64,000 bases of DNA from Antedon mediterranea (Eukaryota > Animalia > Echinodermata), in NCBI RefSeq assembly GCF_964355755.1, contig NC_092675.1:8861812-8925811 (forward strand). Direction: 5' to 3'. A program made the translations under genes and the position numbers. Every line of letters begins with the position of its first letter. Position 1 is the first letter of the stretch. The notes below the pieces were generated by a model that did not search any database, was not told the origin of the DNA, and worked only from the letters and a program-made list of their open reading frames with translations. Shown here one piece after another: positions 52,967 to 64,000 of the stretch.

Positions 52967-53559
52967 GTCTACAACCATACCATGTTGAAAACACCGGTTC
53001 TCGTCCGAACACCGGAGTTAAACAACGTCGGGCCTCGTTAGTACTTGGATGGGAGACCGCCTGGGAATACCTGGTGTCGTAGACCTATGTTTAACTTTTT
53101 TAAATTATACTAAACAAAGTTTATTTTACCTTTCAATTATGTTTTTATGACAGTAACTATAAGATCTTTCTAAGTTATAATCTTGAACCGCAAGTAACCG
53201 AACGTCTACAACCATACCACGTTGAAAACACCGGTTCTCCTCCGAACACCGCAGTTAAACAACGTCGGGCCTGGTTAGTACTTGGATGGGAGACCGCCTG
53301 GGAATACCTGGTGTCGTAGACCTATGTTTAACTTTTTTAAATTATACTAAACAATGTTTATTTTACCTTTCAATTATGTTTTTTGACAGTAACTATAAGA
53401 TCTTTCTCAGTTATAATCTTGAACCGCAAGTAACCGAATGTCTACAACCATACCACGTTGAAAACACCGGTTCTCGTCCGAACACCGCAGTTAAACAACG
53501 TCGGGCCTGGTTAGTACTTGGATGGGAGACCGCCTGTGAATACCTGGTGTCGTAGACCT
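52967..53559 (+). rRNA. 3 x 5S rRNA genes (52967, 53204, 53440)
   Basis: Full 120-nt copies. Confidence 0.95.
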
Positions 53560-54353
53560 ATGTTTAACTTTTTTAAATTATACTAAACAATGTTTATTTT
53601 ACCTTTCAATTATGTTTTTTGACAGTAACTATAAGATCTTTCTCAGTTATAATCTTGAACCGCAAGTAACCGAATGTCTACAACCGTACCAGGTTGCCTA
53701 GCCTGTGAATATCTGTTGTCGTACACCTGTTTTTATCTTTTTAATAATCCTAAAATATAGTCTCGTTTAAGTGTTTCTATTTTCCAAAAATGTGTTTATA
53801 CTGTTGATGATAGTATAAGTAAATAAATTCAAACTGTAACCGCAATTAATCGAAAGTTTTTCAACTAAACTGCATTGAAAACAACGGTTCTCGTCCGATC
53901 ACTGAAGTTAAACAAGTTGTTGTTCAAAGACATGTTTGTTGTTGTATGTTGCTGCTGTGGTGACGGTACAAACGTCACTGTACTACGCGGGCGTCCACTT
54001 GTGTGCGCGTTTGATTCTTAGCAACAACGCGGCCTGAATCTTTTGTACATGCCGCTATTGTGTTATGCTTCTTTGTACAGTGTTATTGTTTCCTTTATAT
54101 TATCTTTTTAAGAACCTCAGTATAACTTTTTAAATTATACTAAAAAAAGTTGAATTTACCTTTCAAGTATGTGTTTCTTCAACAGAAGTGGGTGTAAATA
54201 CCAACGTCATGGTTTCAGCAGCTGCTAATTTCAATCCTAGAAAATGTTCTATAATAAATGAACAAAACTATTAGGTTATAGGATATATATATTTATAGAG
54301 ATTTTGACAGTGAATATAAGATGTATATATACTTGAACCGCAAGTAACCGAAC

Positions 54354-54709
54354 GTCTACAACCATACCACGTTGAAAACACCGGTTCTCGTCCGAACACC
54401 GCAGTTAAACAACGTCGGGCCTGGTTAGTACTTGGATGGGAGACCGCCTGGGAATACCTGGTGTCGTAGACCTATGTTTAACTTTTTTAAATTATACTAA
54501 ACAATGTTTATTTTACCTTTCAATTATGTTTTTTGACAGTAACTATAAGATCTTTCTCAGTTATAATCTTGAACCGCAAGGAACCGAATGTCTACAACCA
54601 TACCACGTTGAAAACACCGGTTCTCGTCCGAACACCGCAGTTAAACAACGTCGGGCCTGGTTAGTACTTGGATGGGAGACCGCCTGGGAATACCTGGTGT
54701 CGTAGACCT
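54354..54709 (+). rRNA. 2 x 5S rRNA genes (54354, 54590)
   Basis: Full 120-nt copies. Confidence 0.95.
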
Positions 54710-55504
54710 ATGTTTAACTTTTTTAAATTATACTAAATAAAGTTTATTTTACCTTTCAATTATATTTTTATGACAGTAACTATAAGATCTTTCTAAGTTA
54801 TAATCTTGAACCGCAAGTAACCGAATGTCTACAACCGTACCAGGTTGCCTAGCCTGTGAATATCTGTTGTCGTACACCTGTTTTTATCTTTTTAATAATC
54901 CTAAAATATAGTCTCGTTTAAGTGTTTCGATTTTCCAAAAATGTGTTTATACTGTTGATGATAGTATAAGTAAATAAATTCAAACTGTAACCGCAATTAA
55001 TCGAAAGTTTTTCAACTAAACTGCATTGAAAACAACTGTTCTCGTCCGATCACTGAAGTTAAACAAGTTGTTGTTCAAAGACATGTTTGTTGTTGTATGT
55101 TGCTGCTGTGGTGACGGTACAAACGTCACTGTACTACGCGGGCGTCCACTTGTGTGCGCGTTTGATTCTTAGCAACAAAGCGGCCTGAATCTTTTGTACA
55201 TGCCGCTATTGTGTTATGCTTCTTTGTACAGTGTTATTGTTTCCTTTATATTATCTTTTTAAGAACCTCAGTATAACTTTTTAAATTATACTAAACAAAG
55301 TTGAATTTACCTTTCAAGTATGTGTTTCTTCAACAGAAGTGGGTGTAAATACCAACGTCATGGTTTCAGCAGCTGCTAATTTCAATCCTAGAAAATGTTC
55401 TATAATAAATGAACAAAACTATTAGGTTATAGGATATATGTGTTTATAGAGATTTTGACAGTGAATATAAGATTTATATATACTTGAACCGCAAGTAACC
55501 GAAC

Positions 55505-55861
55505 GTCTACAACCATACCATGTTGAAAACACCGGTTCTCGTCCGAACACCGCAGTTAAACAACGTCGGGCCTCGTTAGTACTTGGATGGGAGACCGCCT
55601 GGGAATACCTGGTGTCGTAGACCTATGTTTAACTTTTTTAAATTATACTAAACAAAGTTTATTTTACCTTTCAATTATGTTTTTATGACAGTAACTATAA
55701 GATCTTTCTAAGTTATAATCTTGAACCGCAAGTAACCGAACGTCTACAACCATACCACGTTGAAAACACCGGTTCTCCTCCGAACACTGCAGTTAAACAA
55801 CGTCGGGCCTGGTTAGTACTTGGATGGGAGACCGCCTGGGAATACCTGGTGTCGTAGACCT
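55505..55861 (+). rRNA. 2 x 5S rRNA genes (55505, 55742)
   Basis: Full 120-nt copies. Confidence 0.95.
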
Positions 55862-56656
55862 ATGTTTAACTTTTTTAAATTATACTAAACAATGTTTATT
55901 TTACCTTTCAATTATGTTTTTATGACAGTAACTATAAGATCTTTCTAAGTTATAATCTTGAACCGCAAGTAACCGAATGTCTACAACCGTACCAGGTTGC
56001 CTAGCCTGTGAATATCTGTTATCGTACACCTGTTTTTATCTTTTTAATAATCCTAAAATATAGTCTCCTTTAAGTGTTTCGATTTTCCAAAAATGTGTTT
56101 ATACTGTTGATGATAGTATAAGTAAATAAATTCAAACTTTAACCGCAATTAATCGAAAGTTTTTCAACTAAACTGCATTGAAAACAACGGTTCTCGTCCG
56201 ATCACTGAAGTTAAACAAGTTGTTGTTCAAAGACATGTTTGTTGTTGTATGTTGCTGCTGTGGTGACGGTACAAACGTCACTGTACTACGCGATCGTCCA
56301 CTTGTGTGCGCGTTTGATTCTTAGCAACAAAGCGGCCTGAATCTTTTGTACATGCCGCTATTGTGTTATGCTTCTTTGTACAGTGTTATTATTTCCTTTA
56401 TATTATCTTTTTAAGAACCTCAGTATAACTTTTTAAATTATACTAAACAAAGTTGAATTTACCTTTCAAGTATGTGTTTCTTCAACAGAAGTGGGTGTAA
56501 ATACCAACGTCATGGTTTCAGCAGCTGCTAATTTCAATCCTAGAAAATGTTCTATAATAAATGAACAAAACTATTAGGTTATAGGATATATGTGTTTATA
56601 GAGATTTTGACAGTGAATATAAGATTTATATATACTTGAACCGCAAGTAACCGAAC

Positions 56657-57249
56657 GTCTACAACCATACCATGTTGAAAACACCGGTTCTCGTCCGAAC
56701 ACCGGAGTTAAACAACGTCGGGCCTCGTTAGTACTTGGATGGGAGACCGCCTGGGAATACCTGGTGTCGTAGACCTATGTTTAACTTTTTTAAATTATAC
56801 TAAACAAAGTTTATTTTACCTTTCAATTATGTTTTTATGACAGTAACTATAAGATCTTTCTAAGTTATAATCTTGAACCGCAAGTAACCGAACGTCTACA
56901 ACCATACCACGTTGAAAACACCGGTTCTCCTCCGAACACCGCAGTTAAACAACGTCGGGCCTGGTTAGTACTTGGATGGGAGACCGCCTGGGAATACCTG
57001 GTGTCGTAGACCTATGTTTAACTTTTTTAAATTATACTAAACAATGTTTATTTTACCTTTCAATTATGTTTTTTGACAGTAACTATAAGATCTTTCTCAG
57101 TTATAATCTTGAACCGCAAGTAACCGAATGTCTACAACCATACCACGTTGAAAACACCGGTTCTCGTCCGAACACCGCAGTTAAACAACGTCGGGCCTGG
57201 TTAGTACTTGGATGGGAGACCGCCTGGGAATACCTGGTGTCGTAGACCT
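56657..57249 (+). rRNA. 3 x 5S rRNA genes (56657, 56894, 57130)
   Basis: Full 120-nt copies. Confidence 0.95.
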
Positions 57250-58043
57250 ATGTTTAACTTTTTTAAATTATACTAAACAATGTTTATTTTACCTTTCAAT
57301 TATGTTTTTTGACAGTAACTATAAGATCTTTCTCAGTTATAATCTTGAACCGCAAGTAACCGAATGTCTACAACCGTACCAGGTTGCCTAGCCTGTGAAT
57401 ATCTGTTGTCGTACACCTGTTTTTATCTTTTTAATAATCCTAAAATATAGTCTCGTTTAAGTGTTTCTATTTTCCAAAAATGTGTTTATACTGTTGATGA
57501 TAGTATAAGTAAATAAATTCAAACTGTAACCGCAATTAATCGAAAGTTTTTCAACTAAACTGCATTGAAAACAACGGTTCTCGTCCGATCACTGAAGTTA
57601 AACAAGTTGTTGTTCAAAGACATGTTTGTTGTTGTATGTTGCTGCTGTGGTGACGGTACAAACGTCACTGTACTACGCGGGCGTCCACTTGTGTGCGCGT
57701 TTGATTCTTAGCAACAACGCGGCCTGAATCTTTTGTACATGCCGCTATTGTGTTATGCTTCTTTGTACAGTGTTATTGTTTTCTTTATATTATCTTTTTA
57801 AGAACCTCAGTATAACTTTTTAAATTATACTAAAAAAAGTTGAATTTACCTTTCAAGTATGTGTTTCTTCAACAGAAGTGGGTGTAAATACCAACGTCAT
57901 GGTTTCAGCAGCTGCTAATTTCAATCCTAGAAAATGTTCTATAATAAATGAACAAAACTATTAGGTTATAGGATATATATATTTATAGAGATTTTGACAG
58001 TGAATATAAGATGTATATATACTTGAACCGCAAGTAACCGAAC

Positions 58044-58399
58044 GTCTACAACCATACCACGTTGAAAACACCGGTTCTCGTCCGAACACCGCAGTTAAAC
58101 AACGTCGGGCCTGGTTAGTACTTGGATGGGAGACCGCCTGGGAATACCTGGTGTCGTAGACCTATGTTTAACTTTTTTAAATTATACTAAACAATGTTTA
58201 TTTTACCTTTCAATTATGTTTTTTGACAGTAACTATAAGATCTTTCTCAGTTATAATCTTGAACCGCAAGGAACCGAATGTCTACAACCATACCACGTTG
58301 AAAACACCGGTTCTCGTCCGAACACCGCAGTTAAACAACGTCGGGCCTGGTTAGTACTTGGATGGGAGACCGCCTGGGAATACCTGGTGTCGTAGACCT
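58044..58399 (+). rRNA. 2 x 5S rRNA genes (58044, 58280)
   Basis: Full 120-nt copies. Confidence 0.95.
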
Positions 58400-59194
58400 A
58401 TGTTTAACTTTTTTAAATTATACTAAATAAAGTTTATTTTACCTTTCAATTATATTTTTATGACAGTAACTATAAGATCTTTCTAAGTTATAATCTTGAA
58501 CCGCAAGTAACCGAATGTCTACAACCGTACCAGGTTGCCTAGCCTGTGAATATCTGTTGTCGTACACCTGTTTTTATCTTTTTAATAATCCTAAAATATA
58601 GTCTCGTTTAAGTGTTTCGATTTTCCAAAAATGTGTTTATACTGTTGATGATAGTATAAGTAAATAAATTCAAACTGTAACCGCAATTAATCGAAAGTTT
58701 TTCAACTAAACTGCATTGAAAACAACTGTTCTCGTCCGATCACTGAAGTTAAACAAGTTGTTGTTCAAAGACATGTTTGTTGTTGTATGTTGCTGCTGTG
58801 GTGACGGTACAAACGTCACTGTACTACGCGGGCGTCCACTTGTGTGCGCGTTTGATTCTTAGCAACAAAGCGGCCTGAATCTTTTGTACATGCCGCTATT
58901 GTGTTATGCTTCTTTGTACAGTGTTATTGTTTCCTTTATATTATCTTTTTAAGAACCTCAGTATAACTTTTTAAATTATACTAAACAAAGTTGAATTTAC
59001 CTTTCAAGTATGTGTTTCTTCAACAGAAGTGGGTGTAAATACCAACGTCATGGTTTCAGCAGCTGCTAATTTCAATCCTAGAAAATGTTCTATAATAAAT
59101 GAACAAAACTATTAGGTTATAGGATATATGTGTTTATAGAGATTTTGACAGTGAATATAAGATTTATATATACTTGAACCGCAAGTAACCGAAC

Positions 59195-60024
59195 GTCTAC
59201 AACCATACCATGTTGAAAACACCGGTTCTCGTCCGAACACCGCAGTTAAACAACGTCGGGCCTCGTTAGTACTTGGATGGGAGACCGCCTGGGAATACCT
59301 GGTGTCGTAGACCTATGTTTAACTTTTTTAAATTATACTAAACAAAGTTTATTTTACCTTTCAATTATGTTTTTATGACAGTAACTATAAGATCTTTCTA
59401 AGTTATAATCTTGAACCGCAAGTAACCGAACGTCTACAACCATACCACGTTGAAAACACCGGTTCTCCTCCGAACACTGCAGTTAAACAACGTCGGGCCT
59501 GGTTAGTACTTGGATGGGAGACCGCCTGGGAATACCTGGTGTCGTAGACCTATGTTTAACTTTTTTAAATTATACTAAACAATGTTTATTTTACCTTTCA
59601 ATTATGTTTTTATGACAGTAACTATAAGATCTTTCTAAGTTATAATCTTGAACCGCAAGTAACCGAACGTCTACAACCATACCACGTTGAAAACACCGGT
59701 TCTCGTCCGAACACCGCAGTTAAACAACGTCGGGCCTGGTTAGTACTTGGATGGGAGACCGCCTGGGAATACCTGGTGTCGTAGACCTATGTTTAACTTT
59801 TTTAAATTATACTAAACAATGTTTATTTTACCTTTCAATTATGTTTTTTGACAGTAACTATAAGATCTTTCTCAGTTATAATCTTGAACCGCAAGTAACC
59901 GAATGTCTACAACCATACCACGTTGAAAACACCGGTTCTCGTCCGAACACCGCAGTTAAACAACGTCGGGCCTGGTTAGTACTTGGATGGGAGACCGCCT
60001 GGGAATACCTGGTGTCGTAGACCT
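59195..60024 (+). rRNA. 4 x 5S rRNA genes (59195, 59432, 59669, 59905)
   Basis: Full 120-nt copies. Confidence 0.95.
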
Positions 60025-60819
60025 ATGTTTAACTTTTTTAAATTATACTAAATAAAGTTTATTTTACCTTTCAATTATATTTTCAAGACAGTAACTATAA
60101 GATCTTTCTAAGTTCTAATCTTGAACCGCAAGTAACCGAATGTCTACAACCGTACCAGGTTGCCTAGCCTGTGAATATCTGTTGTCGTACACCTGTTTTT
60201 ATCTTTTTATTTATCCTAAAATATAGTCTCCTTTAAGTGTTTCGATTTTCCAAAAATGTGTTTATACTGTTGATGATAGTATAAGTAAATAAATTCAAAC
60301 TTTAACCGCAATTAATCGAAAGTTTTTCAACTAAACTGCATTGAAAACAACGGTTCTCGTCCGATCACTGAAGTTAAACAAGTTGTTGTTCAAAGACATG
60401 TTTGTTGTTGTATGTTGCTGCTGTGGTGACGGTACAAACGTCACTGTACTACGCGGGCGTCCACTTGTGTGCGCGTTTGATTCTTAGCAACAAAGCGGCC
60501 TGAATCTTTTGTACATGCCGCTAATGTGTTATGCTTCATTGTACAGTGTTATTGTTTCCTTTATATTATCTTTTTAAGAACCTCAGTATAACTTTTTAAA
60601 TTATACTAAACAAAGTTGAATTTACCTTTCAAGTATGTGTTTCTTCAACAGAAGTGGGTGTAAATACCAACGTCATGGTTTCAGCAGCTGCTAATTTCAA
60701 TCCTAGAAAATGTTCTATAATAAATGAACAAAACTATTAGGTTATAGGATATATATGTTTATAGAGATTTTGACAGTGAATATAAGATGTATATATACTT
60801 GAACCGCAAGTAACCGAAC

Positions 60820-61175
60820 GTCTACAACCATACCACGTTGAAAACACCGGTTCTCGTCCGAACACCGCAGTTAAACAACGTCGGGCCTGGTTAGTACTTG
60901 GATGGGAGACCGCCTGGGAATACCTGGTGTCGTAGACCTATGTTTAACTTTTTTAAATTATACTAAACAATGTTTATTTTACCTTTCAATTATGTTTTTT
61001 GACAGTAACTATAAGATCTTTCTAAGTTATAATCTTGAACCGCAAGTAACCGAATGTCTACAACCATACCACGTTGAAAACACCGGTTCTCGTCCGAACA
61101 CCGCAGTTAAACAACGTCGGGCCTGGTTAGTACTTGGATGGAAGACCGCCTGGGAATACCTGGTGTCGTAGACCT
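60820..61175 (+). rRNA. 2 x 5S rRNA genes (60820, 61056)
   Basis: Full 120-nt copies. Confidence 0.95.
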
Positions 61176-61971
61176 ATGTTTAACTTTTTTAAATTATACT
61201 AAACAATGTTTATTTTACCTTTCAATTATGTTTTTTGACAGTAACTATAAGTTCTTTCTCAGTTATAATCTTGAACCGCAAGTAACCGAATGTCTACAAC
61301 CGTACCAGGTTGCCTAGCCTGTGAATATCTGTTGTCGTACACCTGTTTTTATCTTTTTAATAATCCTAAAATATAGTCTCCTTTAAGTGTTTCGATTTTC
61401 CAAAAATGTGTTTATACTGTTGATGATAGTATAAGTAAATAAATTCAAACTTTAACCGCAATTAATCGAAAGTTTTTCAACTAAACTGCATTGAAAACAA
61501 CGGTTCTCGTCCGATCACTGAAGTTAAACAAGTTGTTGTTCAAAGACATGTTTGTTGTTGTATGTTGCTGCTGTGGTGACGGTACAAACGTCACTGTACT
61601 ACGCGGGCGTCCACTTGTGTGCGCGTTTGATTCTTAGCAACAAAGCGGCCTGAATCTTTTGTACATGCCGCTAATGTGTTATGCTTCATTGTACAGTGTT
61701 ATTGTTTCCTTTATATTATCTTTTTAAGAACCTCAGTATAACTTTTTAAATTATACTAAACAAAGTTGAATTTACCTTTCAAGTATGTGTTTCTTCAACA
61801 GAAGTGGGTGTAAATACCAACGTCATGGTTTCAGCAGCTGCTAATTTCAATCCTAGAGAAAATGTTCTATAATAAATGAACAAAACTATTAGGTTATAGG
61901 ATATATATGTTTATAGAGATTTTGACAGTGAATATAAGATGTATATATACTTGAACCGCAAGTAACCGAAC

Positions 61972-62564
61972 GTCTACAACCATACCACGTTGAAAACACC
62001 GGTTCTCGTCCGAACACCGCAGTTAAACAACGTCGGGCCTGGTTAGTACTTGGATGGGAGACCGCCTGGGAATACCTGGTGTCGTAGACCTATGTTTAAC
62101 TTTTTTAAATTATACTAAACAATGTTTATTTTACCTTTCAATTATGTTTTTTGACAGTAACTATAAAATCTTTCTCAGTTATAATCTTGAACCGCAAGTA
62201 ACCGAATGTCTACAACCATACCACGTTGAAAACACCGGTTCTCGTCCGAACACCGCAGTTAAACAACGTCGGGCCTGGTTAGTACTTGGATGGGAGACCG
62301 CCTGGGAATACCTGGTGTCGTAGACCTATGTTTAACTTTTTTAAATTATACTAAATAAAGTTTATTTTACCTTTCAATTATATTTTTATGACAGTAACTA
62401 TAAGATCTTTCTAAGTTATAATCTTGAACCGCAAGTAACCGAACGTCTACAACCATACCACGTTGAAAACACCGGTTCTCCTCCGAACACCGCAGTTAAA
62501 CAACGTCGGGCCTGGTTAGTACTTGGATGGGAGACCGCCTGGGAATACCTGGTGTCGTAGACCT
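61972..62564 (+). rRNA. 3 x 5S rRNA genes (61972, 62208, 62445)
   Basis: Full 120-nt copies. Confidence 0.95.
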
Positions 62565-63358
62565 ATGTTTAACTTTTTTAAATTATACTAAACAATGTTT
62601 ATTTTACCTTTCAATTATGTTTTTTGACAGTAACTATAAGATCTTTCTCAGTTATAATCTTGAACCGCAAGTAACCGAATGTCTACAACCGTACCAGGTT
62701 GCCTAGCCTGTGAATATCTGTTGTCGTACACCTGTTTTTATCTTTTTAATAATCCTAAAATATAGTCTCGTTTAAGTGTTTCGATTTTCCAAAAATGTGT
62801 TTATACTGTTGATGATAGTATAAGTAAATAAATTCAAACTGTAACCGCAATTAATCGAAAGTTTTTAAACTAAACTGCATTGAAAACAACGGTTCTCGTC
62901 CGATCACTGAAGTTAAACAAGTTTTTGTTCAAAGACATGTTTGTTGTTGTATGTTGCTGCTGTGGTGACGGTACAAACGTCACTGTACTACGCGGGCGTC
63001 CACTTGTGTGCGCGTTTGATTCTTAGCAACAAAGCGGCCTGAATCTTTTGTACATGCCGCTAATGTGTTATGCTTCATTGTACAGTGTTATTGTTTCCTT
63101 TATATTATCTTTTTAAGAACCTCAGTATAACTTTTTAAATTATACTAAACAAAGTTGAATTTACCTTTCAAGTATGTGTTTCTTCAACAGAAGTGGGTGT
63201 AAATACCAACGTCATGGTTTCAGCAGCTGCTAATTTCAATCCTAGAAAATGTTCTTTAATAAATGAACAAAACTATTAGGTTATAGGATATATATGTTTA
63301 TAGAGATTTTGACAGTGAATATAAGATGTATATATACTTGAACCGCAAGTAACCGAAC

Positions 63359-63714
63359 GTCTACAACCATACCACGTTGAAAACACCGGTTCTCGTCCGA
63401 ACACCGCAGTTAAACAACGTCGGGCCTGGTTAGTACTTGGATGGGAGACCGCCTGGGAATACCTGGTGTCGTAGACCTATGTTTAACTTTTTTAAATTAT
63501 ACTAAACAATGTTTATTTTACCTTTCAATTATGTTTTTTGACAGTAACTATAAGATCTTTCTCAGTTATAATCTTGAACCGCAAGTAACCGAATGTCTAC
63601 AACCATACCACGTTGAAAACACCGGTTCTCGTCCGAACACCGCAGTTAAACAACGTCGGGCCTGGTTAGTACTTGGATGGAAGACCGCCTGGGAATACCT
63701 GGTGTCGTAGACCT
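63359..63714 (+). rRNA. 2 x 5S rRNA genes (63359, 63595)
   Basis: Full 120-nt copies. Confidence 0.95.
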
Positions 63715-64000
63715 ATGTTTAACTTTTTTAAATTATACTAAACAATGTTTATTTTACCTTTCAATTGTGTTTTTTGACAGTAACTATAAGTTCTTTCTCA
63801 GTTATAATCTTGAACCGCAAGTAACTGAATGTCTACAACCGTACCAGGTTGCCTAGCCTGTGAATATCTGTTGTCGTACACCTGTTTTTATCTTTTTAAT
63901 AATCCTAAAATATAGTCTCGTTTAAGTGTTTCTATTTTCCAAAAATGTGTTTATACTGTTGATGATAGTATAAGTAAATAAATTCAAACTGTAACCGCAA

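Larger units (their letters stand above)
1..64000 (+). repeat. 5S rDNA tandem array with higher-order structure: [~678-bp pseudogene/spacer block + n x 236-237-bp 5S unit], n=1-7; runs off both window edges
   Basis: Near-identical 120-nt 5S sequence recurs every 236-237 bp; the block starting GTCTACAACCGTACCAGG recurs about 46 times; only long interruption is 5575-8062. Confidence 0.98.

Noticed and set aside
1767-63710. Dozens of near-identical 89-aa ORFs (MGDRLGIPGVVDL...)
   Set aside because: They begin inside 5S box C and run through the terminator, spacer and next gene; they appear or vanish with a 1-bp spacer indel; no coding signal.
296-63714. CRISPR-like repeat-spacer appearance
   Set aside because: Repeats are 120-nt eukaryotic 5S genes, spacers are near-identical rather than unique, and there are no cas genes.

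Overview
Eukaryotic (animal-type) 5S rDNA tandem array filling the whole window, all on the + strand. By manual count it holds about 130 full-length 120-nt 5S genes in 236-237 bp units. These are grouped into 46 clusters of 1-7 genes, separated by a ~678-bp composite block made of two decayed 5S units: one internally deleted, and one 5' half fused to ~195 bp of foreign, hairpin-rich sequence. The block plus n genes forms higher-order repeats of 1151, 1387, 1624, 1861 and 2333 bp, and these are duplicated again (1861, 3690, 4635 and 12931 bp offsets). The homogenised 5S sequence departs from the animal consensus at several normally conserved positions. One 2488-bp non-autonomous DNA transposon is inserted at 5575-8062. 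It has CAC...GTG TIRs, a 4-bp ATGC TSD and a frameshifted H-X7-CRxCG zinc-finger remnant, so it looks Chapaev-like. Two copies of a 23-bp palindrome with a 7-bp duplication sit in the same spacer segment. The 89-aa ORFs in the track are artefacts of the 5S repeat, and no intact protein-coding gene is supported.
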